From a virus, in the IMG/VR virus record IMGVR_UViG_3300046170_000450, positions 1 through 64,000 of that record: 64,000 bases of DNA; one strand, given 5' to 3'. Every line of letters begins with the position of its first letter. Position 1 is the stretch's first letter. Position numbers and translations under genes: made by a program. This document shows, piece after piece, positions 20,019-31,523 of the stretch. The notes beneath the pieces were generated by a model. The model did no database searches. It was given only the letters and a program-made list of their open reading frames with translations, and was not told the DNA's origin.

Positions 20019-22139
20019 ATGATTATCGAAACCAAAAACAAAAACATACAGTCCCAAGGCATTGCCAAGCAAGAGTCTTGTTCCATCGACCAAGAAGATA
20101 TGCGTTACATCGCATCACTCTTACGCAACAATTATAGTAACCCGTTGCTCGCAACCATCCGTGAAATCGTTGCAAACGCATTGGACGTAACTAAAAGTAA
20201 GAAGGTAGAGATTCAACTACCTACTAAGATTGAGCCAAACTTTATCGTGCGAGATTATGGGTGCGGTTTGAGCGAGGAAGATATGCTTGGGCTTTACACC
20301 AAGTATGGCAAGTCAACCAAGCGTGACTCCAACAATTCGATTGGTGGTTTCGGTATTGGGCGATTCGCACCTCTATCATACACCGATTCATTTATCGTTC
20401 GCTCTGTTCATAAAGGACACAAGCACTCGTATATTATTCGTGTAGACGAACACGATGATACAATCGTATCTCAGATTGAAAGCACAAGTTCAAGCGAGTC
20501 TGATGGTATCTATGTGCAAGTCGGCATCAAAACAGAGGACATATCAGAATTTTTTAAAATTTTTAAAAAGACTCTTTGGTATCGCAAAAATGCAATCAAG
20601 CTACTCAATGAAAGTTGGGGCGATCAATCAATGGGCAAGCCCCAAGAGTCTAACGAGATTTTTGATTTGTATTCAGAGAATCGTTATTGGGAAGATAAAT
20701 CCCACTATGGAAATCAACCTTATGTTCTTATGGGCGGCATTCCATACAAGGTAAACCCAAGCGATGAATGGTATATGTTCAAGCAAGGCGTTGTTTACAA
20801 GGCAGAGATCGGTGAGTTCAAACTGCACCACAGTCGTGAGTCTTTGGAATACAATCCACAAGTGAAGGAAGCACTCAAGAAAGCATCAGAAAAGATGTTT
20901 GATAAGCTCAACTCAACATTGAGCAGTCAAATGGATGTCGCTAAAAACTTCTATGAAGCGAGTGACATTATGCACAAAGCTCTTGAGACATACAAACAGA
21001 GGTTTGGAAAAAAGCTATCTGTATCTTCTAGCAAGTTTCAAGGTGTTAGTGGAGAGTTGTTCCTTAACAATCAAGTCGATAAGCGAGTAGACATCACAAC
21101 TAGAGAGAATGGCAACTTGGGCTTCTCTAGCTTTTCAAGATACCACTATCACGGCTATGAGCCAAATTCAGATCGCATCTACATCATAGATGATGCACCA
21201 AGCCCTCGCTCACCTAAAGCACGATGCTTATTTCTGCATGATTTTGAAGCAGAGAAAGGGCTAAAAGCGAAAGGGACTGCCAAGATTGTTTTAATCACTC
21301 CAAAAGATTCTGAGCTTAAAAATTGCATACAACGAGTAAGGGACTGCGACCATCCACAAGTGAAGTTGCTATCTGAGTGTGAGCGAGTAATATCTGCTCG
21401 TCAGAAAACCAAGAGTTCCGTCAAGTCTCTATCGGCTATGGATATTCTAAAGTTTGGATTGGCGGGCAAAAGATACGGACAGTCTGAGTGGGCAAACAAT
21501 GACGAGTGGTGGGGCATTGATACCGAAGCCGATTTGGATGACGATAACAAAACATATTATTATGTTCGTTACTACGCCAACAAGGTTCAGTTCAAACCCA
21601 ACGATGATCACCAAGAGCAAGAGCTACGACCATTTGCGTTCAAAGATACTTGGCTAAAACAGATTGCTGATTTCGTAGAGAAAGAAACTATTTGGGGCGT
21701 TCGTTCAAACCAACTCAGTAAAATCAAAGCCAAGAAGAATTGGATTTGCTTAGATGATGTCTACGAAGATTTGGTTTTCGAGGATGAAAAGGTAGTAAAG
21801 TATGTTCAGTATTATAACGAAACTTCTTTGTTTAGTGATTACTGCCCCTACACTATGACTGCACTGGATAAGCTCCCAAAAAACACAATGAATGAAAATT
21901 TAAAAAATTTATTAAATTCTTATACAAATTGGGTTGGGAACAGAAGCATTGTGAACACCGCCAAGTTCAATCATCAATATGTTGTTGATCGACTCAAGCC
22001 TCGCGACCTAAGTGCCAAGTCATCAGCTAGGAAGCAAGCATTTGATAAAGCGTTTCCTATGGCGAAGTATGCTCTCCAAAAAAGTCATAATCGCGACAGT
22101 TCAGAAAGCATTTCCGATGTGTTATCGTATATCGGTTAG
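20019..22139 (+). CDS. rIIA: rIIA-like protein (GHKL/HSP90-type ATPase)
   Basis: IREIVANALD, VRDYGCGLS, STKRDSNNSIGGFGIG, SRESLEY. ATG 20019 lies 7 nt after a TTGACA..CATACT promoter. Confidence 0.85.
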   Translation: MIIETKNKNIQSQGIAKQESCSIDQEDMRYIASLLRNNYSNPLLATIREIVANALDVTKSKKVEIQLPTKIEPNFIVRDYGCGLSEEDMLGLYTKYGKSTKRDSNNSIGGFGIGRFAPLSYTDSFIVRSVHKGHKHSYIIRVDEHDDTIVSQIESTSSSESDGIYVQVGIKTEDISEFFKIFKKTLWYRKNAIKLLNESWGDQSMGKPQESNEIFDLYSENRYWEDKSHYGNQPYVLMGGIPYKVNPSDEWYMFKQGVVYKAEIGEFKLHHSRESLEYNPQVKEALKKASEKMFDKLNSTLSSQMDVAKNFYEASDIMHKALETYKQRFGKKLSVSSSKFQGVSGELFLNNQVDKRVDITTRENGNLGFSSFSRYHYHGYEPNSDRIYIIDDAPSPRSPKARCLFLHDFEAEKGLKAKGTAKIVLITPKDSELKNCIQRVRDCDHPQVKLLSECERVISARQKTKSSVKSLSAMDILKFGLAGKRYGQSEWANNDEWWGIDTEADLDDDNKTYYYVRYYANKVQFKPNDDHQEQELRPFAFKDTWLKQIADFVEKETIWGVRSNQLSKIKAKKNWICLDDVYEDLVFEDEKVVKYVQYYNETSLFSDYCPYTMTALDKLPKNTMNENLKNLLNSYTNWVGNRSIVNTAKFNHQYVVDRLKPRDLSAKSSARKQAFDKAFPMAKYALQKSHNRDSSESISDVLSYIG

Positions 22140-22243
22140 TAGTAAGGTAATCAAAAAGTGTTGGCTAGGGGAGTGGTTGCCCCTAGTCAACCAAACCTTA
22201 AAAAAAGATTTGACATTCAACCAAACTCAACTATACTGAAAGC

Positions 22244-22990
22244 ATGATTACCGAAACCCAACTAGACTTCCTACCTCACGTTGCAAAGCAAGAGGCACAA
22301 CAATTATCCTTCTTAGACGAGAGCAATCGTGTTCACGTTCGGAAGTTCGACAAGCGAGACGTAGAGCGTTTCTTTGAGTCAATTACTGAAGATGAAATCA
22401 TCGACACCTCACTTGTGTGGGAGAAACTAAAATGCACTAACGACATGGAGGTTTTTCAAAGATGGCTTTTTGCTTTCTGCTCAGTCCACACTTCTTACGA
22501 ATCGAATATGCGAGGCTACCTTGCTATCAAAGACTTTACCGAATGGTTTAATCGTGACGATGTGCTGAAGCAAAAGCTAATCGAAAGTGGAGTTGGTATG
22601 TATAACAACCGCACCAAATTTATCAGCCAGTTCGCCACAAAATTTTGGCAGAACCCAAATTTATTTAAATTTAAAAAAGATCAAAAGTGGTCAGAGTTCC
22701 GTAATGGTCTTGTAAAAGAAATTTTAGGATTAGGTATGGCAAAGGTATCGTTCGCTCTAGAGATGATATACACCTTTGAAGCGCAAGTGATGTGTGCAGA
22801 CACACATTTGTTCCAAGCCTATGGCTACAAACAAGAGCTACACTCAAACAAGTATGACGAGATTGAGAAGCATTGGATAGAATTTTCTGCGATGTATAAC
22901 GTATCACCTGCAATCAGCAGAGCAATTTACTGGAATAGGAAAAAGAATGAGTCTAACTGTTGGTATTGGGCTAAGGTATTGGAGAATTAG
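22244..22990 (+). CDS. HhH-GPD superfamily DNA glycosylase-like protein
   Basis: GVGMYNNR, HhH 'ILGLGMAKVSFAL', conserved Asp in 'MCADTHLF'. Confidence 0.7.
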   Translation: MITETQLDFLPHVAKQEAQQLSFLDESNRVHVRKFDKRDVERFFESITEDEIIDTSLVWEKLKCTNDMEVFQRWLFAFCSVHTSYESNMRGYLAIKDFTEWFNRDDVLKQKLIESGVGMYNNRTKFISQFATKFWQNPNLFKFKKDQKWSEFRNGLVKEILGLGMAKVSFALEMIYTFEAQVMCADTHLFQAYGYKQELHSNKYDEIEKHWIEFSAMYNVSPAISRAIYWNRKKNESNCWYWAKVLEN

Positions 22991-23069
22991 GCTTGACAAC
23001 TATCGTGTAAATTATATTATATATATCATAAATTTTAACTAAAACAAAAACCCAAACAAAAGGAAAAAT

Positions 23070-23936
23070 ATGGAAAAATATCCATTCATCGTTTCAGAAG
23101 ATACAGCTACCCTTCTCCATGAAGGCAAGCCTTATACTCTGAATAATTCTCACTCTAATTTTAAGCCCTTCAAGAAGGCTTTGATTGCAGGTGATTTTGA
23201 AACGGCAATCAATTATCTAGACATCAAAAAGCAGATCAAAGAGTTTGCCGATGGAGAGTTAAAGGTTGAAAACGGCTCAGTATATTACTACGGCACTCAG
23301 CTTCACGGCAAGGTCGTAGACAAGCTAATTGAGCTACTCGAAAGCGGTATGAAGATAGGCAGTCCATTCATTAAGTTCGTAAAGAATTTGTTGGACAATC
23401 CTAGCAACAGTTCGGTCGAGGAGTTGTATGACTTCCTATCTTACAAATCACTTCCTATTGATGATGATGGCTATGTGCTAGGCTACAAGGGAGTTGCCCA
23501 TGATGGTTGGTCAATTAGTGGCAATACTCAAACTATCGTCTTGCAAGGCGAAGTGAATGAGCGTGGTCAAATTATGAATCGCGTTGGTGATACAATCGAA
23601 GTTCAGCGTAGAAGCGTTGATGATAACCGCCAAAACAATTGCTCTCATGGCTTGCATATCGGCTCGTTCGATTACGCTAAGTCTTGGGCGGGTGGTGGTC
23701 AACTTCTGTTGGTTCGTTTCAACCCTGCTGATGCAGTCAGCGTTCCACAAGATTGTTCCTGTCAGAAACTACGAGTCTGTAAGTATGAAATCATTGAGGA
23801 AATCGAAGTCGAAAATGATTCCGAGATTACCGAACCATATTATGGCGTTTATACTGACGGCAATGTAGATGACATTGATAACGATTATGATGAAGATTAT
23901 GATGATGAGGAGGAATACGAAAATGAACAGTATTAG
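23070..23936 (+). CDS. rIIB: rIIB-like protein
   Basis: NLLDNPS...ELYDFL...DGYVLGYKGV...CSHGLHIGSFDYA...NPADAVSVPQD...KLRVCKYE. Confidence 0.88.
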   Translation: MEKYPFIVSEDTATLLHEGKPYTLNNSHSNFKPFKKALIAGDFETAINYLDIKKQIKEFADGELKVENGSVYYYGTQLHGKVVDKLIELLESGMKIGSPFIKFVKNLLDNPSNSSVEELYDFLSYKSLPIDDDGYVLGYKGVAHDGWSISGNTQTIVLQGEVNERGQIMNRVGDTIEVQRRSVDDNRQNNCSHGLHIGSFDYAKSWAGGGQLLLVRFNPADAVSVPQDCSCQKLRVCKYEIIEEIEVENDSEITEPYYGVYTDGNVDDIDNDYDEDYDDEEEYENEQY

Positions 23937-25186
23937 TGGTATTTATATATTTCTTAATCTTTTTAATTTGGCTATTAGGCTTTCCAAATGAGTAAACCAA
24001 ACCAAATCATCATAGAAGTAGATGGTCAAAAAGCCACCTACACCCTACAAGGAGACGAAGCTGAAAAGCTAGAAACGACCTTGGGAGCGTTTGAGGATGT
24101 GTTAGCAACACATTTTAAAATTGACCCAATGGTAAACTCCTTAGACATCGTAGATGCAGTAGCACTCGATTAAGAGTTAAAAGCGTGGGGGCAGGTAGCG
24201 AAAACATCTACCTGTCCCCAAAAAAACAACTGATATAAAATTATAAAAAATTTAAAAAAACTTATGCAAAACGCAAACTATGTAGTCGTAGAAAAGGGTG
24301 ATAAAAGCATCGTAAACTTTTATTCCACAAAACTGCCCCAATCTTTGGCTTGGGCTAAAGAATGTTCCAGACAAATGAAATCAATGAGTGGCAAAGAATA
24401 TGAAGTCCTAGTCAAGATAGAAGGTCAACAAGAGCTAATGCAATTAAAAGATTATGAACATACCTTGGGTGGAAAAAGAGATAGCTGAGATTAAAAATTG
24501 GCTAGAATTAAACGAAGGTCAATCCTTCCTGCCTACAATGGATATGGATGACCTTTTGCACAAAAAAGAAGTGGCACACAAAAAAGAGGTGCTTGAAATC
24601 TTAACAAGAATTAAACATCATTAAAAAATGTATATCGTAGTTCACACAATGAAGCCAGATGGCAAAGATGAATGTTCGTCATTTGAGTCCGACTGGTCAA
24701 CCCATGAAACCCTTGAGGAAGCTCAAAAAGAATATCAATTCTTGTTAGATTGTCCTCAAATTTACACCGCCTCAATTTGTGGCGTTATCGAATCAACTGA
24801 TTATTCACCTGCCGAAAACAACAAGATATAAAACAATTATGAAAATACAAACCACAGAAGATATGCAAGATATGCTCGCGGAAGATGCAATGCAATTAGA
24901 CGGATTAGATGATGCTATTATTGGTGTCAGCACTCAAGGCTATATTGTTTATAGCTATTGGAAGATCGTTCAGAAGTTTATATCCGATGATGGCATGACT
25001 GATGAAGAAGCTTTGGAATATACCGATTATAATGTTGTTGGGCTAGACGGAAACGGTAATTGGGTAATTATGTATGATAGGGAGGAATGTATCGTTTTTT
25101 AGTATTGCTTTCATTTGTATTGACAGATCGAATCAATGCGTATATCATAATCTTTTCTTATTAAACATATAACCAGTCCTAATCTA

Positions 25187-25732
25187 ATGAATATATTTGC
25201 TTTATCAACAGATCACGAAGTATCGGCTAAATGGCATAACGACAAACATTGTGTTAAGATGGTCACAGAGGTGATGCAATGTCTATCCTGTGCTGTGATT
25301 CGGCACAAGACTCCAACTCATCTTTTACCCCTGTCTAAGAAAGGCACACCAGTAAAGGGTGGGTATCATCATCATCCTAGCTCAATTTGGGCAGGTAACA
25401 CCAAAGGAAATTTTGAATGGTTATGTCATCATGGAGTAGCTCTCGCCAAAGAATACACAAGTCGCTATGGCAAGACCCACTTCTGCGAAGCCACTATTAC
25501 CAAACTATTTTCTTTGATTGATTATATACCAGACGGAAAGCAAGAAGATTTCGCCATCGCTATCTCAGAAGATTCAGAGTGTCGCAAGGTCGAAGGTTTT
25601 AGTGATCTTCATCCTTGCCTTCAGTATCGGCTCTATTACAAGCTAGACAAAGCCCACTTAGCAAACTGGAAACAGAACAAGCCTAATTGGTATGACAGGT
25701 CAGTAGAAAAAATCATCGCCTCTGCAATTTAA
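25187..25732 (+). CDS. Pyrimidine-dimer DNA glycosylase (DenV)-related protein
   Basis: MNIFAL...HNDKHCVKM..E..Q, HHPSSIWA, EYTSRYGKTH, YRLYY pattern. Confidence 0.7.
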   Translation: MNIFALSTDHEVSAKWHNDKHCVKMVTEVMQCLSCAVIRHKTPTHLLPLSKKGTPVKGGYHHHPSSIWAGNTKGNFEWLCHHGVALAKEYTSRYGKTHFCEATITKLFSLIDYIPDGKQEDFAIAISEDSECRKVEGFSDLHPCLQYRLYYKLDKAHLANWKQNKPNWYDRSVEKIIASAI

Positions 25733-26340
25733 AAAAATTTAAAAAAATATGAAACTACAAAAATTAACACTATCAGAGCAAGTCCTAGTAAGGATTTTGG
25801 GGCAATTATATTCGATTGATTCGACTTCAGCCGAAAAGTTTAAAGATGAAGTAGGCGAAGAAGTTTGGTCTTTCGTGGAGAAGCAAGAAGGAGAGTAATA
25901 TATTGGAGACGTATAGAAAACACGCTATTATACTAATGCAGAAAGCTATCAAAAAAGGAATTTTGGATACAAAAAATGCCGAAGATTTGCTGGAGTTGTT
26001 CGACGAAGAATCAGCAGAACACAGTCCTTGTTATGCTTATGACATACTTGAGCAAGATTTATCAAACAAAAGTCATGAGTAACTACGTTGAATTGCCAAG
26101 CATAAATTGTATTTATTTCAAAGAAAGTGAAACTATATATATGCTAGAAGGTCGCAAGCCAATTTTCACAAGCGGAACCAAACTAGAAAATATCGACGAT
26201 CTTTGGGTAAAGCAATTAAGCAAAGAAGATAAAAAACTAATTGAGAAAGATTTAAAAAAATTTAAAAAAATTTAACTATGAATGGAGGACATTTTGATTT
26301 ATACTTGACTTGAGGTATAAATGGGTATAAACTTATATAA

Positions 26341-26832
26341 ATGAAAGCAATAGAAGCCAACTTATTAGATTTCCCAAATGGGATCAATATGATTTTTCAC
26401 CAAGCTAATACGGAAAATGTTATGGGCGCAGGTATCGCAAAACAAATTCGTGAGCGTTATCCAGAAGCATATAAGGTAGATAGAGATTATTTCGTGCCAA
26501 AAGGCAAGGACAGATTGGGGCATTATACCCAAGCACTTGTAAATGGCGACGATACAGACTATAAAATGGTGGCGAATCTTTATGGTCAAATGTTAAATGA
26601 GGATAGTATTTTTGGCATTAGGACTAATTATTTTGCTCTAAGGGATGCTTTGAGAGATTGTTTGGGCAATTATAATGCTTTTTTTTCACATTATGATAAG
26701 CCAATTTGCGGTTTTCCTTATGGCATGGGATGTGGATTAGGAGGTGGAGATTGGAAAATCGTAGAGAGTATTATTAAAGAAGCCTTAAAAGAATTTCACC
26801 TAAAAGGATTTATTATAAAGTATCAGCCATGA
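26341..26832 (+). CDS. Macrodomain (ADP-ribose processing) protein
   Basis: HQAN...MGAGIAKQI...PYGMGCGLGGGDW. Confidence 0.9.
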   Translation: MKAIEANLLDFPNGINMIFHQANTENVMGAGIAKQIRERYPEAYKVDRDYFVPKGKDRLGHYTQALVNGDDTDYKMVANLYGQMLNEDSIFGIRTNYFALRDALRDCLGNYNAFFSHYDKPICGFPYGMGCGLGGGDWKIVESIIKEALKEFHLKGFIIKYQP

Positions 26833-29434
26833 GTAAATTTTTAGATGAATCCTGTATTGACCCAGAAGCGACTCTATCCATTCCAGAGAGTGATGAGTCT
26901 AATCCATTCCTACAAGCCCTTATGAGTGGTATATTGAGCCAAGTAGGACGTTGTGACTACTCTGATATAGACAATCACCCAGAATTAGATAGATTAAACA
27001 AAGATTTATAATCGCCATTTGAAATTATAAAAGAAGTATTATGAAATTATTTTTAAAAGTTTTTAAAAGTTTATTTAAAATTGTGCTTTCCCTCACCATC
27101 GCTATCGTGAGTTTCATAGTAGATATACTCCTTTCACTAGAGTGGAAACTAGAGAGACTAAACTCCAAATTATACCCTCCTCCCTCTGTAAGTAACGAAG
27201 AATACATGAAGAAGTTAGTAAAAGAATACAATGAAAGAATAAGTAGAAAAGAAGTAGTTGTAGATTAAAATTATATGGATAGGGAATTGTCCCTCTTAGC
27301 TCTCTAAAATAAAACAAAATCTTATTTGATTAACATGAAAACAAAAACGCATTATTATCTAGGTATTACATTATCATATATAGTAGGTCTATTACTTACT
27401 GTGCCATTCTTGGTTATATTTGGGTTTATACGGCTCGTAGCCTGCGTTGCGGGCTTGGCGTATGATACGTTTATGTTCACACCAAGAGTTGTAAACAATT
27501 TTATATACAGGTATTATCAGCAACAACTGGAATCTGAAAACCATTCAACAAATCTAAACTAATCTGGTGGGAATAGATAAAATCTCAAATAAGCTCTGCC
27601 GACGAGTAAACACAAAAAATTTCTACGTTGATTAGTATCAGTAGAATCTGTTGCCGAATTATAACTCGACCAAATATAGTTTGCTGACTAAGCTGTGTGA
27701 AAAACAGAATCGAATTTAAATATTTTTAAATATTCACTTTATACCTTCCCCGATATTTCTTATACAAGAATTACTGCTGGACTCCCGTGAGGGATAAGAC
27801 TGACTACGGCGGTGTAGGTGATGAATTAAAATTTATTTAAATTTCCTTATGCTTTACTGTCGAAAAAAGAACAAAAAAATTGGGAAGATTATTGTGCGCC
27901 CCTTTTGCACCTATATATCATATTACACTAAAGACATAAAAATTCCACTGGGAATCGAAAAAATCGCAAATATTGCTTGACAATTATACCAACTTGAAAT
28001 ATACTACCGCTATGAAAATTAAGAAAAAAGAACTAATTCAATACATTAAAGGCTGTGCAGAACAATCAGAGAAACAAGCCTATAATTGGAGTGACGATGG
28101 TTATTTTGACGAAGCTTACAAAGCTCAAGTGATTGCTAACTTCTTGAGGGAAGAGCTTGTGCAAGGTATCGAAAATGATTTCGTCAAGGAGAAGTAATGA
28201 AACTCAGAATCTTTAGAAACATAAACGGAAGCCATAAGGATAAATTCCCCGATGGCAAAGAGTATCTACTAGATGTAGAGAATGACAACAAGCCCGCCGA
28301 ATTTGAAAGCATGGAAGATATTTTTAAATTATTTAAAGATGAAGGGTATGACATTTCAACTGAACAAGACCTAATCAATAATGGTATCAATGTAGAAGAA
28401 GTTAAATAATGCTCGCCAAAAAATTATCTAACCAAATATGCTTCACTCTTGTTTTTGCTTCTTTTGTATGCTTTTGCTTCCAATTAGTATCACACGGAAT
28501 TTATCTTGCGATACTGGCGAACACGCTAAAACACCATTGGTTTAAATTTTAAAAAAAAATGGAAATATTTTTAATTATAATAATCCTTACCAGCCTTTTA
28601 ATAAACTGTTTTACTGAGGTTTAGTCGCCAAATATATATGAAGCCAAATATCGAACTCCACAAACCAAACAAAAAATCTTATACGATTGTCATCTGGGGT
28701 GTATTCCTCATAATCCTAATCGCACAAATCTTTTGGTTAGGCAAAGAGGTGGGGGAACTCAAGACTACCATAGAAAAGCAAGAAAAATTTAACGAGGTTC
28801 AGTCTGATGTTATAAGCACAATCCTAGACCATCTATTAAACGAAATCAAAAAAGACGAAGGTTCTAAATTTATTTAAATTATTTTAAATTTTGTTTGACA
28901 TTGTGAAGTATTAGTGCATACTGGTTTACATGATTAAGAAAACATTAAACAAAGATGGCACACCTCGTAAGACAGGTAGTGGTCGCAAGAAGGGTGCAAA
29001 GTCCTTTGTCAACATCACCTTAGCCGAACTAGAAAAGTTTTGTGGTTCAGCGACAGGTATTCCAGTTAGTCGTGTATGGCTAGAACAAATGGGTGCGTGT
29101 ATCCAAGGCACTGCTCCTACTCCTGTATCAACTATTGCACCAGAGCCAGAAGCCGAACAAAAAATCTCATTCACTCTACATCAGTAACATGACAAAAGAA
29201 AAAGCATATATTATAGCCTCATCACATTTTTTGTGCAATGAGTTTCCCAAAGGATTACTAGATAAAGATGAATCTGAAGTAATGGATTTTATCCGAGACA
29301 ACAAGTGGGAGCCATTTGAATCGTGGGAACCGCATGGAATTTGGGGTTTGATTGAAGACCTAGCTGAAGATTTTTTAAAAAACTCTGCACAAAAGGATTG
29401 ACACAACCACAAAAATCCACATACTGAAAGTCCT

Positions 29435-30367
29435 ATGATTACTAAAACTATGTTCAAAAACCTAATCGGTCAAGACGAGGTAAAGCGTCAGCTTTCCTTT
29501 TACGCTAAAGCACAAAATTCTACTGGAGTCGCACCATTTCTTATGTTGAGTGGGGCAAAGGGCTTGGGTAAGACAGAATTCGCCAAGGAGTATGCTTCCA
29601 ACCTCAAGAACAAGGATGGCAGTCAACGCCCATTCCTTGAGATCAACTGCTCCACTATTAAGAATGCTAATGCTTTCTTTGAGCAAATCTTCTTGCCTAT
29701 CGTGATGCATAACGAGATTACCATCCTATTGGACGAGGCACACATGCTTCCCAAGGATTTGGTTAATGCCTTCCTTACTGTATTCAACACAGAGAAGAGC
29801 AACTTCAAAGAGTATCATCATGGTGAACAGATTTTTGCTTTTGATTTTGCCCAACAGAATTTTATCTTCGCTACTACTGAGATGGATAAGTTGTTTGCTC
29901 CCTTCAAGGATCGCCTCACTATTGTGGACTTCAAGCCCTACACAGTTGACGAGCTATCTGAAATTATTGATTTGGTTTGTGGAGAGATCGAGTTTGAAGA
30001 TGGGCTTCTGCAAGACATCGCTGAGACTACAAGGGGCAACGCTCGTTCAGCAGTCAAGCGTTCCAAAGAGATCATGCTCTACTGCGAGTCTGTGAATGAC
30101 AAGGATTATTCCAAGAAGGATTGGGAGAAGATGTCTCACACCTTGGGCATCAAGCCTCTTGGGTTGTCCAACATTGAGATTGAGATTCTCAGCATCCTCA
30201 AGGATCGTGGCAACTGCTCGCTTCAGATGCTATCAGCCGTCACAGGCATGTCTCGCACAGCCATCCAGAAAGAAGCAGAACTCTATCTGCTCAAGCGAGG
30301 TCTGATGAAGATCGATGGTCAACGTGAGATAAGTGGAAAGGGTATGAATATACTACAAAAAATTTAG
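29435..30367 (+). CDS. ruvB: RuvB-like AAA+ Holliday-junction branch-migration helicase
   Basis: LIGQDEVK, Walker A GAKGLGKT, Walker B LLDEAH, ATTE...PFKDR, RGNARSA, C-terminal winged helix. Confidence 0.8.
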   Translation: MITKTMFKNLIGQDEVKRQLSFYAKAQNSTGVAPFLMLSGAKGLGKTEFAKEYASNLKNKDGSQRPFLEINCSTIKNANAFFEQIFLPIVMHNEITILLDEAHMLPKDLVNAFLTVFNTEKSNFKEYHHGEQIFAFDFAQQNFIFATTEMDKLFAPFKDRLTIVDFKPYTVDELSEIIDLVCGEIEFEDGLLQDIAETTRGNARSAVKRSKEIMLYCESVNDKDYSKKDWEKMSHTLGIKPLGLSNIEIEILSILKDRGNCSLQMLSAVTGMSRTAIQKEAELYLLKRGLMKIDGQREISGKGMNILQKI

Positions 30368-30390
30368 TATTAGTTATCATAAATGAGAAT

Positions 30391-30424
30391 TCGGTAGGGT
30401 GTGAAAGCCCTGCCGATTTTTTTT
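30391..30424 (+). terminator. Rho-independent terminator ending the plus-strand block
   Basis: TCGGTAGGG-loop-CCCTGCCGA followed by a T tract. Confidence 0.8.
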
Positions 30425-30541
30425 GCGCCCAAATAAGCTCGACAATCTATACCACATCAAATATAGCTGACAATTCGTATCAAGTCAAATAAAGAGTAAT
30501 ATATATACTATACAAAAAAAAGAATAAGCTGCCAAAATTAC

Positions 30542-30618
30542 ATAAGTTGTTGAATATCAAGGGTTTGCGGGATCGCGGGGGCCCCAGCCCCGCAAGTCAT
30601 TGACTTACAGGGACTTAT
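30542..30618. repeat. 77-bp double-palindrome element, copy 1
   Basis: ATAAGTTGTTGA-ATA-TCAAGGGTTTGC, 23-nt GC spacer, GCAAGTCATTGA-CTT-ACAGGGACTTAT. Confidence 0.95.
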
Positions 30619-30622
30619 GGGA

Positions 30623-30841
30623 TCAGTAGTCTGGTTCGTCAGGCAGGTGATCAAAGTAGTTGCAGGGGTCACGAAACCCAACATCTGCATCAGGGTAGGC
30701 AGCTTGAGCCTCCTCAATGGTGTCGAAGTTATCGACGAAGCGTTTGCAGGTTTGACCCGCAAGCACTGAAGACTCAGGGTATTCCCCGAACTCATAGACG
30801 GAGAAGCCCCCGCCTTTCCCATTTTCTATTGTTTTATCCAT
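30623..30841 (-). CDS. Small acidic hypothetical protein
   Basis: Own TTGACA-16-CATACT promoter, leaderless. Stop lies 5 nt from repeat copy 1. Confidence 0.8.
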   Translation of the reverse strand: MDKTIENGKGGGFSVYEFGEYPESSVLAGQTCKRFVDNFDTIEEAQAAYPDADVGFRDPCNYFDHLPDEPDY

Positions 30842-30903
30842 AACTAACAGTATGGTTATTTTTTTGTGGTTGTCAATAGATTTTTTAAAATTTATTTAAA
30901 TTT

Positions 30904-30980
30904 GTAAGTCGTTCTATATCAAGGAGTTGCGCGTCGGGGTGGGCCCCAGCCCCGCAAGTGCCTGATAGTCAAGCACTTAC
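30904..30980. repeat. 77-bp element, copy 2
   Basis: GTAAGTCGTTCT-ATA-TCAAGGAGTTGC N23 GCAAGTGCCTGA-TAG-TCAAGCACTTAC. Confidence 0.95.
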
Positions 30981-30984
30981 GAAT

Positions 30985-31161
30985 TTAATCGTCGTGGATT
31001 AAATGCGGGCGCGATTTATACCAAGCCCTGATCATTGCAGAAGTCCAATTCTTGGGCTCGCTTTCAAGCCAAGAGCGCGGCTTCTTTTCGTAAAGCTCAA
31101 TCTCTTTAGCCACACGAATTTTTTTCTCTTGTTCCGTTTCTTTTTTAAAGGGTAGTTTCAT
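30985..31161 (-). CDS. Small hypothetical protein (58 aa, not in ORF track)
   Basis: MKLPFKKETEQEKKIRVAKEIELYEKK...PHLIHDD*. Stop lies 5 nt from repeat copy 2. Confidence 0.65.
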   Translation of the reverse strand: MKLPFKKETEQEKKIRVAKEIELYEKKPRSWLESEPKNWTSAMIRAWYKSRPHLIHDD

Positions 31162-31523
31162 TTTAGTCTAATGGTTTTTTGTGTTTGGTTTTTCGGTTGT
31201 ATTTCGATCTGTCAAAAAAAGGGCGGGAGGGCAAAAGCCCTTGCCCCTTGCGAACACTTTTCAAGATGTTCCGAAGATTAAGTTTTGGAGGAATTGATTT
31301 TGCCATTTGCGGGAGTCCTGTTCGGGTGTCCTATTTTCAAGGGTCGTATTAAAGCGCGAGAACTCGTCTTGCAAGTCGGCTTCGGTTGTGGGCAATTGCC
31401 CAATTTGGTCGGTTGGATTTTTTTGTTCACAGATTTTTTTGATTAGGTTATATCGTTCAGTATGATTCATGATTGAGGGTTATTATTAGTAGAATTAAGA
31501 GGGTTAGAACTATTATCATTTTG

